A DNA stretch of 53,311 nucleotides from a virus: the IMG/VR virus record IMGVR_UViG_3300045988_149090; one strand, written 5' to 3'. The notes beneath the pieces were generated by a model. That model was not told the origin of the DNA. It saw only the letters and a list, made by a program, of their open reading frames with translations, and did no database searches. A program made the position numbers and the translations under genes. How positions within the stretch are numbered: the stretch's first letter is position 1; each line of letters opens with the position of its first letter. Below are positions 1-9,118 of the stretch, one piece after another.

Positions 1-82
1 CCCCCTTTAGGGGACAATAATAAAGAGAAATTTGGGGTACATTATTGTCCAGAACAATTATCCGACATGACTTTTCTTCCGG
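1..82. repeat. Left arm of terminal inverted repeat (pairs with 53230-53311)
   Basis: The reverse complement of 53230-53311 matches 1-82 at 81/82 positions. The single mismatch at nt 56 is a synonymous ATT/ATA Ile change in the shared reading frame. Similarity stops abruptly at nt 83. The outer limit is unknown because the window ends. Confidence 0.9.
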
Positions 83-390
83 AAATGACATTATATACTT
101 TACATTATGTTTGATATGATATACAGTTTGCTGAATATCAGTAGCCTTTTATGTTTATTTGTTTTTTTTCAAACAATAAAGTATCTTCCTCTTGTTTGCT
201 ATTTAATAGTTAATTGTTACTGGCTTATTATTATATTTGCCCTTTTAGCAGTACTGTATTGTGTGGTGTAAATGTTTAATAATTAATAAATTGAATACAA
301 AAAGTAAGAATGGAAATAATTTTGGGAATTGAGAACTTGTTACCATTTTGTTACTACTAATAATAAACTGTGTGTTTTTATTGAAAGAAT

Positions 391-1431
391 ATGAAAAAGC
401 TATTGAAAATAAAAGAGCCAATAAAGGTGAGAACAAAAAAGTTAGTAAATGGATGTCAATCCATATATCTAGACATATATATGAATGGAAGACGACAATA
501 CGAATTCTTAAAGTTGTATATTATCCCTGAACATAATCAAGCTGACAAAAAACGAAATGTGGAAACGCTAAATTTAGCAAATGCGATTAAGTCTCAGAGG
601 ATTGTGGAAATACAAAATCAAGCTTATGGATTTAATCGTAACAGATTGTCCGATGTGAAGCTGACTGACTATATGAAATTAGTAGCAGAACAAAGTGTAA
701 ACAATAAGGTGCGAAAAAGTACAATACATGCTGTCGTATGTCATTTGAAAAGATATACACCGAATGGAATATTGTTAAGGAAGGTAGACAAAGCCTATTT
801 ATTGGGGTTTATAGATTACTTGAAGAGAGCAAAACAAATACATAGTCAAAAAGAAAAAATGCTACATGTTAACACCCAACTTTATTATTTGAAGATGCTA
901 CGTTATTGTTTGAACTGTGCTGTCTATGAAGATTACATAACTGTTAACCCAATGGATAAAATAAAGAATGAGGATAAGCCAAAACGTTGTAGAACAGAAA
1001 GGGATTATCTCACAATAAAGGAATTAACCAGATTAGTTCATACTCCTTTTTATAATACCTTATTAAAAAAAGCATTTCTATTCAGCTGTTTTTGTGGATT
1101 GAGACATTGTGATATTATTGCATTGAGATGGGAAGATATACGTTATGATGAAAATGGAAATGCACTATTGAATATCATTCAGAAGAAAACGAAAGAAGCC
1201 ATATCGCTTCCACTCAGTTCAGAAGCTATAAAACATTTGCCAAACAGAGGAAATGCCCAAGAGACGGAAAAGGTATTTGCCGGATTGGTCTCATTAGGAC
1301 GGAGTAATGAAATTTTGCATAGATGGGTCGAGCAGGCTGGGATATCGAAACATGTAACCTTTCACGTTGCAAGACATTACCCAAATTCTTTCCCATTGAA
1401 AACAAACGACTTACAAAGAATTGTTTCTTGA
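391..1431 (+). pseudogene. Tyrosine recombinase (phage-integrase family), 5' portion; homology ends after box II (HVARH) at about nt 1377
   Basis: ATG at 391. Box I is present (CGLRHCDIIALRWEDI), followed by ...GISKHVTFHVARH. After that come 19 unrelated codons and a stop. The usual THATxxL...LGH...Y C-terminus is missing here and is found at 52005-52181. Confidence 0.75.
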
Positions 1432-1595
1432 TAGGTAACGATTTGGAAACGAGCGAAGTTCCGTATCTTACCTTGTTTTGCATTAAATCAAAAGAACGCT
1501 GGCTTCAAATGCAAAGGTAGCATTATTTTTTTGAAATACAAACTGTTATAGAGGATGAAATTCCTGTTTACGAAAGGATTCTTTCTTTTATTAGA

Positions 1596-2738
1596 CTAAA
1601 CCGTACAAGGGCACTTATATATGTTTAGCAGTTCATATATTGAAACCGATGGGCACAGAACTTGAATAGCACATTCCTTGCAACAACATCTTTTATTTCT
1701 TGCAAGATACCAAAGACAGCCCTGTGAACCAACCCACTTGTTTATAATGTAAGGTAAATCCATATCTCGCAAAGATTCTATTCTTTCATTTAAGCAACAA
1801 ACTTCACCATTAAAATTGATAGTTAAATGGCCGAAACAAGAGGGATTTATATACTCTTTTACATAACATTCTTTTAGTGTATGGCATGATTGAAGAATTT
1901 CATCTTTAGTCATAATCATTTGTGACTGTAAAGTAATTGTCTTTGTATCCAAAAAGACCGGGCAGAGAATTACATCCTTTCCTATCTTTGATATTTTGTC
2001 CACATCAGAAATCGATGTTATTATATATTTATATAGCAATCTTTCTTCGTTAAAGTTTAGCATATGAAACGGCGTGTGAGAGTCTACCAACAACTCAATT
2101 ACCAGCGAATCAAATTTACGTAGGATTTCTTTAATATAAGAAAAAGGATATGCTAAATAATGAATTCGGTAGATAACCTGTATATTTCGATCTCTTGCAT
2201 ATTCAAGAAACTTCTCTAACTTACCATATGATAATTCTCCTGACAATATGATTTTCTCCAAACAAAAAGAACGAAGTTGCAGGGAAATCTTTTCCATGTC
2301 AATTTCTACACAATTAGTATCTGGGTATTCTAATTGTTGGTATGAGAACGCATTAAGATATGTGAATATTGTATTGTTCAGTAATAATGTAAGGGATGTC
2401 AGCATCATATTTGTGTATGACGTGAGATTATAGCCTAAAGCCTTCTTTTCCTTCTGTAGTGAAGTTGCAATCCTTAATTTTCTTTCTGGGATGTATGGCA
2501 TAAACCCATCATACTGGATGTAATATCCAAAGTGGTTAGTAGCTATCTTTTGCAGCAAGAACTTGGTGTCGCAGTTCTCCTCGATATAGCCAAATCGGTT
2601 TAATCTGTCTATATTATGGTTAGCCAATACAACGTCTTTCAGATATACACCTTTGAACGTTATAGTGTCATATATGAGCAGTTCGGTTGATGTCGCTTTG
2701 ATATAGCAATGTGGGAAAAATATATACAGTCTATTCAT
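1596..2738 (-). CDS. Pseudo-rSAM / SPASM-like partner protein of the RiPP maturase (no CxxxCxxC motif, Cys-rich C-terminus)
   Basis: 380 aa. Its ATG overlaps the upstream stop (ATGA). No N-terminal radical-SAM Cys triad. The C-terminus is Cys-rich (CFGHL...VCCLNE...KRCCCKECAIQVLCP...KCPC). The arrangement resembles the GG-Bacteroidales pseudo-rSAM family as I recall it. Confidence 0.6.
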   Translation of the reverse strand: MNRLYIFFPHCYIKATSTELLIYDTITFKGVYLKDVVLANHNIDRLNRFGYIEENCDTKFLLQKIATNHFGYYIQYDGFMPYIPERKLRIATSLQKEKKALGYNLTSYTNMMLTSLTLLLNNTIFTYLNAFSYQQLEYPDTNCVEIDMEKISLQLRSFCLEKIILSGELSYGKLEKFLEYARDRNIQVIYRIHYLAYPFSYIKEILRKFDSLVIELLVDSHTPFHMLNFNEERLLYKYIITSISDVDKISKIGKDVILCPVFLDTKTITLQSQMIMTKDEILQSCHTLKECYVKEYINPSCFGHLTINFNGEVCCLNERIESLRDMDLPYIINKWVGSQGCLWYLARNKRCCCKECAIQVLCPSVSIYELLNIYKCPCTV

Positions 2739-4180
2739 TTTATAATAATATTATTTTCAAGAATTTCTATTATATTCGGGTGTGACTCTATGTATGATAC
2801 AGCCTCTGACAATAGCTTTGCAAACTTATTCTTAGATGTAAATTCTTCGCACTTACCATTGCTATAACAAAAAGAACATTTTGTACAACAAAACTGCATA
2901 TAGCATTTCTTGCACAAGAATGAAAATTCTGTAATCCTTTTCATGAATCTACTTGCAATATCATTGCAATCAATACGGACACATCCATTGTTGTCTATAA
3001 ATCCTAATGGTGAATCCCTGTTTACTTTCTCACATGGATGTATTTTCCCATCGTAACTTACGAACATTCGTTTTGAGAAAGGAATACAGGTACCTGTTGG
3101 CAGTATCTTGTTGTCTGTATTGTCATCTATGAGTAAGTCTGTCTCTTTATTAAATGAATTATTCAATAGTCTTGTACTAAATAGCAATATTCTATTAAAA
3201 AGAGGATTTTGAGTGATTAAGCCATGCTCCAACGCAATATCTTCAGGAATTTCAAAAGTTTTGAGCATAGACAATATCCTATCTCCATTTTTTGTGTCCT
3301 TTGTAGGAGTATGAACTGGGCTAAAATTTGGTGTCGTATTTAATTGAGATTTAAACCATTCAACTATATTCCTAACGTCACTTATATTGGAAAAAACGGC
3401 ATTATATCGAAATGTTGCAAACCATTTTGGGAACATACTTTCAACATCCATTAAGTTCTTCATTACGATGTCGAACGATGGGGAGCCATTAGGGGTTTTT
3501 CGATAAGAGTCATGTTCTTTGTTTCCGTCAAGGCTAATCAACATTTTGAAATTATGATGTGACAAAAAGTCGGCATGCTTTGATAAAAGCATTGCATTTG
3601 TCGTCATCGTAAAAAATAGTGAACGATTTCGAAATTCAACACATTTGGCATATTCAACAATTTGACGAATGACATCAAAGTTTACCAATGGCTCACCTCC
3701 GTAAAAGCTGATGGCAAAAGGCTCTTTAGGCGCATCCGATTTTGCTTCGCGCTGAAAAAGAACGACCAAATAGTCAATGATGCTTTTTGCTGTTTCAAAT
3801 TTCAGATTCCCCAAAACGCCCCTTCTGCTGTCAAATGTATCATAACCTTCGCTATAACAGCAATACTCGCATCTGAGGTTACAGAGTGTCGTCGTTTCGA
3901 ATATGATTTGGGACAAATTTATCAATGCATTTTGTATTGCATTGCCTGTTATGCATGCATCTAACGATGAGGTAAAATCATCGATGTAACCATATTCCCT
4001 TAATTGTCGAAGGGTCTCGGTCTCTTTATTTTTACCATTTGATATGATATCGTACAGGTCTTTGGGCAAAGGCAATATCGTCTTCGTTGATGGACTATAC
4101 AGATAATAATTGCTATGTTGGGTTTGAAAAGCAATGGACTCCATAAATTTAAAATAAGGAAAGCCAAAGTAATAAAACAA
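2735..4180 (-). CDS. Radical SAM peptide maturase with C-terminal SPASM domain
   Basis: CNLRCEYC (CxxxCxxC) near aa 100. GGEP motif present. The C-terminus is Cys-rich (CIPF...HPCEK...CKKCYMQFCCTKCSFCYSNGKC). The 4180 start is TTG; the first ATG is at 4144. Confidence 0.85.
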   Translation of the reverse strand: MFYYFGFPYFKFMESIAFQTQHSNYYLYSPSTKTILPLPKDLYDIISNGKNKETETLRQLREYGYIDDFTSSLDACITGNAIQNALINLSQIIFETTTLCNLRCEYCCYSEGYDTFDSRRGVLGNLKFETAKSIIDYLVVLFQREAKSDAPKEPFAISFYGGEPLVNFDVIRQIVEYAKCVEFRNRSLFFTMTTNAMLLSKHADFLSHHNFKMLISLDGNKEHDSYRKTPNGSPSFDIVMKNLMDVESMFPKWFATFRYNAVFSNISDVRNIVEWFKSQLNTTPNFSPVHTPTKDTKNGDRILSMLKTFEIPEDIALEHGLITQNPLFNRILLFSTRLLNNSFNKETDLLIDDNTDNKILPTGTCIPFSKRMFVSYDGKIHPCEKVNRDSPLGFIDNNGCVRIDCNDIASRFMKRITEFSFLCKKCYMQFCCTKCSFCYSNGKCEEFTSKNKFAKLLSEAVSYIESHPNIIEILENNIIIK

Positions 4181-4203
4181 TGGCTCTCCTTCAATTAGTG
4201 ATT

Positions 4204-4395
4204 TTAATCAATGTTCCAACTTCCTGCAGAGGCAACGTCATCACACATTGTGATTTCGCCTTCTCTAATGAAGCACTCACAAGGACAATAGCAATTACTA
4301 ATGCGAACAACATTGCCTTTTTGTCCTGCAATTCTCAATTTGTTTTTGAGTTGTTTGTTCTGTTCTTCTATAACAGACAATTTTAATACTCCCAT
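4204..4395 (-). CDS. RiPP-like precursor peptide (63 aa): helical leader plus Cys-rich core NCYCPCECFIREGEITMCDD
   Basis: ATG start, 23 nt upstream of the rSAM gene. The leader LKLSVIEEQNKQLKNKLRIAGQKG resembles GG-Bacteroidales-type leaders but lacks a GG. There are five Cys within 18 residues. Confidence 0.65.
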   Translation of the reverse strand: MGVLKLSVIEEQNKQLKNKLRIAGQKGNVVRISNCYCPCECFIREGEITMCDDVASAGSWNID

Positions 4396-4433
4396 AAGTT
4401 TTTCTTTTTAAACCCCATTTCATTGTTCACAAG

Positions 4434-6200
4434 TCAATCGCAGGGGTATTGCGCTTCGACCTGTTTGTGTATTGTTGTTAGATATTCATCCATAGGAATG
4501 TAAATATTCTTATCGCCATAAAGAGCATCGGTAAAAGTTTTTGGGAAAGCTGCGTATCCGATAAAGGCTCCTCTTAGCATGTACCCGTACTCTTTATTTT
4601 CCACACCTTTATTTTGAACATATCGTTCTATTTGGTCAAAGCCAAAAGGCTTAATAAAGAACGCCATCAAGGACTTCAGTACAACCAGATTATTTGGTAT
4701 GCTGAATGAAGAACATTGATTATGCTTGTATGCCCAAAACTCTCGAAGACTACGAAGTATTAGCTTGCCATTTTCTGTATTCGCATATTCTCGGCACTTG
4801 TATTTATTGGCTGATTCTACTATGAGGTTCAGAACCACATCGTCAGACAACACTCTTTTCTCACTTTTTAGAGCTTCATTAATAATAATGTCAAGAAACG
4901 CTTTCTCTTCAACAGAAGCGTTTACATCAATACTCACAGCAGAGTTTCTTAACGATAGGCATGAATAATTAACTTGACCATTATTTTTGCTTGATGTTTT
5001 TGCTTTACTGATAAGTTCATTCATAATTTCACTGACACGAACAAACAATGCTCCCAAAGTCGTGTCATACACAGAAGCTCCTGTATCAATGTTAGTTATC
5101 TGCTGTTTTATATTACATATGTCTTGTTTAATGGATTTGTACTCGTCATTATCTTCTTCGTATTTTTTGATTTTGTTTTTGAGATATTGTTTGCGTTCAT
5201 ATTCCAAAGTCCCCTTTTTGAAATATTCACGTGTTTTACCCATCTTGATGCCATTGTTGAGTTCTTGATTCTTTATAGAGTTTAATTCTTCAACCAAATC
5301 AGAAATGCCATCACGATATTCTATGTTGTAAAGCTTATTTTCTAATTCTTCTTTTTGAGCCATTAAATTATCTATTCTGTCAGTACCGCTTACTTGCTTG
5401 TTTTCTGAGAGTTCATCCGCACGCGCCTTAGACAATTTTATGATTTCTGAGAACAATTGAATAAGAATGTCGAACAAATTCGTTTTTGTCTTAATGATTC
5501 CGTTATATGCAGCCTTGGCTTTTTTTATAAGTGACATATATTCACCTGCATTCGAAACTGCACTTTCAGAAACCATTACTTGCGTATTTAATCCTGCAAA
5601 TGAATTTTTCAAATCTCGCAATTGGCATGAAAGTCGTTGCTCATGAGGGTCCTCTGCAAATACCATTGCATGGGTGTATGCAACAATCATTCCCTTTAAT
5701 CTATCATAAACATTGTCTTGGACAATGTATTCATGACGCTGAAAAGAAAAGGAATTCGCAATTCTATCAGTAACCAAAGGCTTCTTTGTTTTACCTGTAT
5801 TTATCACGAATTCAGATTTATATTTTTCTATACATTTTACCTCAAACAATATTTGTGATTCTGCAACAAAAGATTCAAGTAAATCATTCGAAGAGAACAG
5901 AAAAGCGACAGCACCCTTTTTGTAATAAATTGTTTTACTATATGTAAATAGGGTTTTACTTTTCTTGACTGGAGTTATATTTGATTTGTCCAAAATTTCC
6001 TCATTGACTTTTAATACGTAATCACCCTCTATTTCCTTTGTTGACAAGATAAGATAGTTAACTCTTTCATTTGTTCCATCTATATAACGGCTCAAATTGT
6101 TGCCATATCCTCTTACTTGATAGAAAGAGAATGGAGATATACTTTCTGAAACAAACGACTCCAGTAAGTTCCATGAATTTATGCCTATATAATAAAACAT
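4434..6200 (-). CDS. 588-aa protein of unknown function (duplicated N-terminal LLESFVxES motif, central K/E/N-rich coiled coil)
   Basis: ATG start, 4 nt after the helicase-like gene stop. I could find no Walker A or nuclease motif by eye. The long open frame in AT-rich DNA supports coding. Confidence 0.7.
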   Translation of the reverse strand: MFYYIGINSWNLLESFVSESISPFSFYQVRGYGNNLSRYIDGTNERVNYLILSTKEIEGDYVLKVNEEILDKSNITPVKKSKTLFTYSKTIYYKKGAVAFLFSSNDLLESFVAESQILFEVKCIEKYKSEFVINTGKTKKPLVTDRIANSFSFQRHEYIVQDNVYDRLKGMIVAYTHAMVFAEDPHEQRLSCQLRDLKNSFAGLNTQVMVSESAVSNAGEYMSLIKKAKAAYNGIIKTKTNLFDILIQLFSEIIKLSKARADELSENKQVSGTDRIDNLMAQKEELENKLYNIEYRDGISDLVEELNSIKNQELNNGIKMGKTREYFKKGTLEYERKQYLKNKIKKYEEDNDEYKSIKQDICNIKQQITNIDTGASVYDTTLGALFVRVSEIMNELISKAKTSSKNNGQVNYSCLSLRNSAVSIDVNASVEEKAFLDIIINEALKSEKRVLSDDVVLNLIVESANKYKCREYANTENGKLILRSLREFWAYKHNQCSSFSIPNNLVVLKSLMAFFIKPFGFDQIERYVQNKGVENKEYGYMLRGAFIGYAAFPKTFTDALYGDKNIYIPMDEYLTTIHKQVEAQYPCD

Positions 6201-6204
6201 ATTT

Positions 6205-7506
6205 CTAATTATTTTCTATTTCAACAACATATTCCTTCGATACATCTTTTAAAAATGATGTTTTCTTGCCCGTGTAGGAAATATAAAGATTACGTGAAGA
6301 ACGAGTACATGCTACATAGAAAGCATTCCTTTTACAGGTATTCGCCTCATTAGCAAATGGAACAAAAACATTGTCGAATTCAGACCCTTTTGCTGCATAG
6401 TATGTAAGAATACATGGTAGGTCGTTATTTGAAAAATCCAAAGTGTTGATTGTCCTAAAAGGAACGACATTTCCAGTTCGATAATGCACCTGAGTATTTA
6501 TCCCTCTTTGTGTTAAAAAATCGTTTACTTCACGCACGTCACTCTCATCAGGAACCAAGATTGCCACATCGTCCAAATCTTCCATTTTTATCCTATTTAA
6601 GATGCCTTCTAACTCTTTCTCTTTGGAAGAGTATTTCGTGATAATGGGTTTTGGATAATTAGGATAGTCGCTATTACCACCATCTTTCATGTTATTTGTC
6701 ATCAAATCCACCTTGACACTTTGAATTTGCTGAGCTACTTTTGCTATGGTCTTTGGCAAACGATAATTGTAATCTAACGAGAAACGTTTATATCCCAAAG
6801 TTTTAGCAATTTCATCAATGGAACTACCATTGAAGTTCATTTGTTGTACAGAATCCCCAAACAAGGAAAGGCTTTTTCCTCTATGGGCTATCATTCTTGA
6901 TTGATAGTCTGATACGTTGAAATCTTGCGCTTCATCGATGATGAGATAATCAATACGGTCTTCAGATTGTTTGTACATGGTTCCACTTGGAATCAGTTCA
7001 AATTTTTCTGTATTTGTCACGCTAAAGCCTGATGTGTATGGAATTTCTCTAAACCAACTAACTCTTCGTCCAAAGGCAGAGTAGAACTTATAATCAACCC
7101 AATCTGCGAAGTCAATTCCATAGGTAGTCTTGTCCTTTTCTGTGCGTTCAAATTTTCTGACGCTTAAATCATTTACCAAATAGAGCGTATTTCTATTTCC
7201 TTTCTCCCAATACACATCTCCAGTCAAATCGAAACCGCGGTGAGTCCAAGCCCATTCATATGCTATACGTTCCTTGTCTAAACCAAGTGCCTGCATACCA
7301 TATGCTATCATTCTCTTCAAGGCCACGGTAAAAATGACAATAGCATAACTTCCTTTATTTTTTGCCTGTAGAGCACGATGGATGGCGAGATTCGTTTTTC
7401 CACTACCAGCCGCTCCTTGTACTATTATATCATCGGTTATACTTTGTATGATGATTTTTCTTTGCGAATCATCCAAGTTTGAAATAAACCACTTTTCTAA
7501 TCTCAT
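6205..7506 (-). CDS. UvrD/Rep-like superfamily-1 helicase-type ATPase (compact, 433 aa)
   Basis: Motifs in SF1 order: GAAGSGKT (Walker A), LIIDEAQD (Walker B), YNYRLP, YYAAKGSEFD, FYVACTRSSRNL. Confidence 0.8.
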   Translation of the reverse strand: MRLEKWFISNLDDSQRKIIIQSITDDIIVQGAAGSGKTNLAIHRALQAKNKGSYAIVIFTVALKRMIAYGMQALGLDKERIAYEWAWTHRGFDLTGDVYWEKGNRNTLYLVNDLSVRKFERTEKDKTTYGIDFADWVDYKFYSAFGRRVSWFREIPYTSGFSVTNTEKFELIPSGTMYKQSEDRIDYLIIDEAQDFNVSDYQSRMIAHRGKSLSLFGDSVQQMNFNGSSIDEIAKTLGYKRFSLDYNYRLPKTIAKVAQQIQSVKVDLMTNNMKDGGNSDYPNYPKPIITKYSSKEKELEGILNRIKMEDLDDVAILVPDESDVREVNDFLTQRGINTQVHYRTGNVVPFRTINTLDFSNNDLPCILTYYAAKGSEFDNVFVPFANEANTCKRNAFYVACTRSSRNLYISYTGKKTSFLKDVSKEYVVEIENN

Positions 7507-7521
7507 AACTTAACCGATTTA

Positions 7522-7665
7522 TTAGAGAAAGGCTATAACGAGAATTGGACGGATCTTACTTTTTTCAGAAGAAGTTCCAATTCTATCATATCCACATCCA
7601 CTCAATGCGCATAACACAATGCTCATAACTATTCCTATGACAATATAAAGACTTTTCTTTTCCAT
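7522..7665 (-). CDS. Small putative lipoprotein (47 aa), first gene of the co-directional operon
   Basis: Not in the ORF track because it is under 60 aa. Translation: MEKKSLYIVIGIVMSIVLCALSGCGYDRIGTSSEKSKIRPILVIAFL, a signal-like hydrophobic stretch plus lipobox LSGC. It ends 15 nt before the helicase ATG. Confidence 0.4.
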   Translation of the reverse strand: MEKKSLYIVIGIVMSIVLCALSGCGYDRIGTSSEKSKIRPILVIAFL

Positions 7666-7695
7666 TTCTTATCTTTTACGTCGAATTTTTCTCCC

Positions 7696-7894
7696 TCTCT
7701 TCGTAAGAGAGGGATTAGGATAGAAACGTACTAAAAATCAACACTTCAAATCATGATAGTTATCTTTTTGCTAAACATTTCTATGTTCTTTCTATGTTTT
7801 TTGATATAAAAAGTTGATTTTCTCCCCGATACATTCTTTGATTTGCGCTATTTTGAGTATTTTTACACCGACAAATCCCTCTCTTACGAAGAGA
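7696..7894. promoter_or_regulatory. Perfect 21-bp inverted repeat pair (7696-7716 / 7874-7894) flanking a 157-bp spacer; candidate invertible or regulatory segment
   Basis: TCTCTTCGTAAGAGAGGGATT at 7696-7716 is the exact reverse complement of 7874-7894. It lies between the integrase stop (7919) and the lipoprotein-helicase operon start (7665). Confidence 0.45.
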
Positions 7895-7918
7895 TAACCT
7901 ATTTTGCTAAACACACTC

Positions 7919-9115
7919 CTACAGATTTTTCAATATCATCTCGTTCGCCTTGTCCACCAAAGAATTGTCCAATGATGCCAGATAGATTTGAGTAGTCGCC
8001 TCGGAATCATGTCCCATTCCCTCGCTGATGACGGAAAGCGGTACATTCTTGTTCTTTGCTATGCTTGCCCAAGAATGGCGGCTGACATACATAGTGAGAT
8101 TCACTTGCAATCCTACGATTATTGCTATTTCTTTTAGCTTGTTATTGACGAGGCGTAGTGCATTACGGTATTGTCGCTGCTCATTACCCACCTTATTGAT
8201 TATAGGCAGCAGGTAATCAGTCCCATTTCTCTGGTATTTGTCGACTATTTCCTGCATACACTTCTCCCACCTGATGAAAAGCTGTTGCCCCGTCTTGCGT
8301 CTGCGGTAAGAAAGGATTCCATTCTGTAAGTCTTTCTTTTTCAAGTAGGCCATGTCAATGAACGACATTCCACGTGTATAGAACGAGAAGAGGAACATAT
8401 CCCTTGCAAACTCCAATGACGGATTCATGGACAAGTCCAATTCCTTAATCTGTTTAATGGCTTTCAGTGGAATGGCACGTTTCACGGTCTTGTCTATGCC
8501 TGTATAGACGTGCCGGAATGGATTGCGCTGTTCCGTCAGTCCTTTCTCCACGGCACGATTATACACCGCACGGAGTATGCGCATATAGAATGAGACTGTG
8601 TTCATGGTTATATCCTGCGCCTTCATGTAAGCCTCATATTCCATCATAAGGTCGGAGCTAAATTCGTCCAACAGGACATCGCTATCTTCCCGGAAGCGCA
8701 TGAAGCTTTTTAGCGTGGCTGCATAATTCTCCGCTGTCCGTTCCTTGTTAAGCAGTTTCAGACGAACAATGACACCCTCCATGAACCGGAAGAAGGATTG
8801 TTCCCTTGTGGCCTCTTGATATTCCTCCACAATACTATCTGCCGTGAAAACATTACCGCTGTTTTCCATTCTTCCAATGATGGCTTTCAGCCTCTTCAAA
8901 TCCCATCCGATACGTTCCTTTATCGAACGTAGAATATCTGTTCTTCCATTGGCAGAAAGAATTACTACACCGCTTTTCTCATTCCATTCCTCCCTGAACA
9001 CCCGGTAATCCGTCTTTATCTGACGGATTACTCGGTTATGGATGACTTGGTAGTATATTGTCCCTTCCTTGTCTACGACAGTCGAAGGGCGGAACTTGAC
9101 CTTTACCGATGCCAT
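7919..9115 (-). CDS. Tyrosine integrase of the mobilizable element (Bacteroides IntDOT/NBU-like type)
   Basis: 398 aa, ATG start. N-terminal arm-binding-like MASVKVKFRPSTVVDKEGTIYYQV. C-terminal SRHSWAS...GMGHDSEATTQIYL supplies R-H...H...Y. It lies next to the Mob genes. Confidence 0.85.
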   Translation of the reverse strand: MASVKVKFRPSTVVDKEGTIYYQVIHNRVIRQIKTDYRVFREEWNEKSGVVILSANGRTDILRSIKERIGWDLKRLKAIIGRMENSGNVFTADSIVEEYQEATREQSFFRFMEGVIVRLKLLNKERTAENYAATLKSFMRFREDSDVLLDEFSSDLMMEYEAYMKAQDITMNTVSFYMRILRAVYNRAVEKGLTEQRNPFRHVYTGIDKTVKRAIPLKAIKQIKELDLSMNPSLEFARDMFLFSFYTRGMSFIDMAYLKKKDLQNGILSYRRRKTGQQLFIRWEKCMQEIVDKYQRNGTDYLLPIINKVGNEQRQYRNALRLVNNKLKEIAIIVGLQVNLTMYVSRHSWASIAKNKNVPLSVISEGMGHDSEATTQIYLASLDNSLVDKANEMILKNL

Positions 9116-9118
9116 ATA

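Noticed and set aside
1-13. Terminal CCCCC-TTTA-GGGG hairpin plus terminal inverted repeats as telomeres of a linear replicon
   Set aside because: The repeat is in-frame coding sequence of a chromosomal-type gene, and the ends are window cuts. The interior is a nested chromosomal insertion, not a replicon.
4180-4386. 68-aa plus-strand ORF overlapping the precursor peptide gene
   Set aside because: It is antisense to the better-supported Cys-rich precursor, which has an ATG start and sits in operon order with the maturase.
7717-7873. Bacteroides consensus promoter (TTTG / TAnnTTTG) inside the inverted-repeat-flanked spacer
   Set aside because: I scanned both strands by eye and found only near-misses (for example TATCTTTT, CTATTTTG). 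The inverton idea is therefore kept as a hypothesis, not a feature call.
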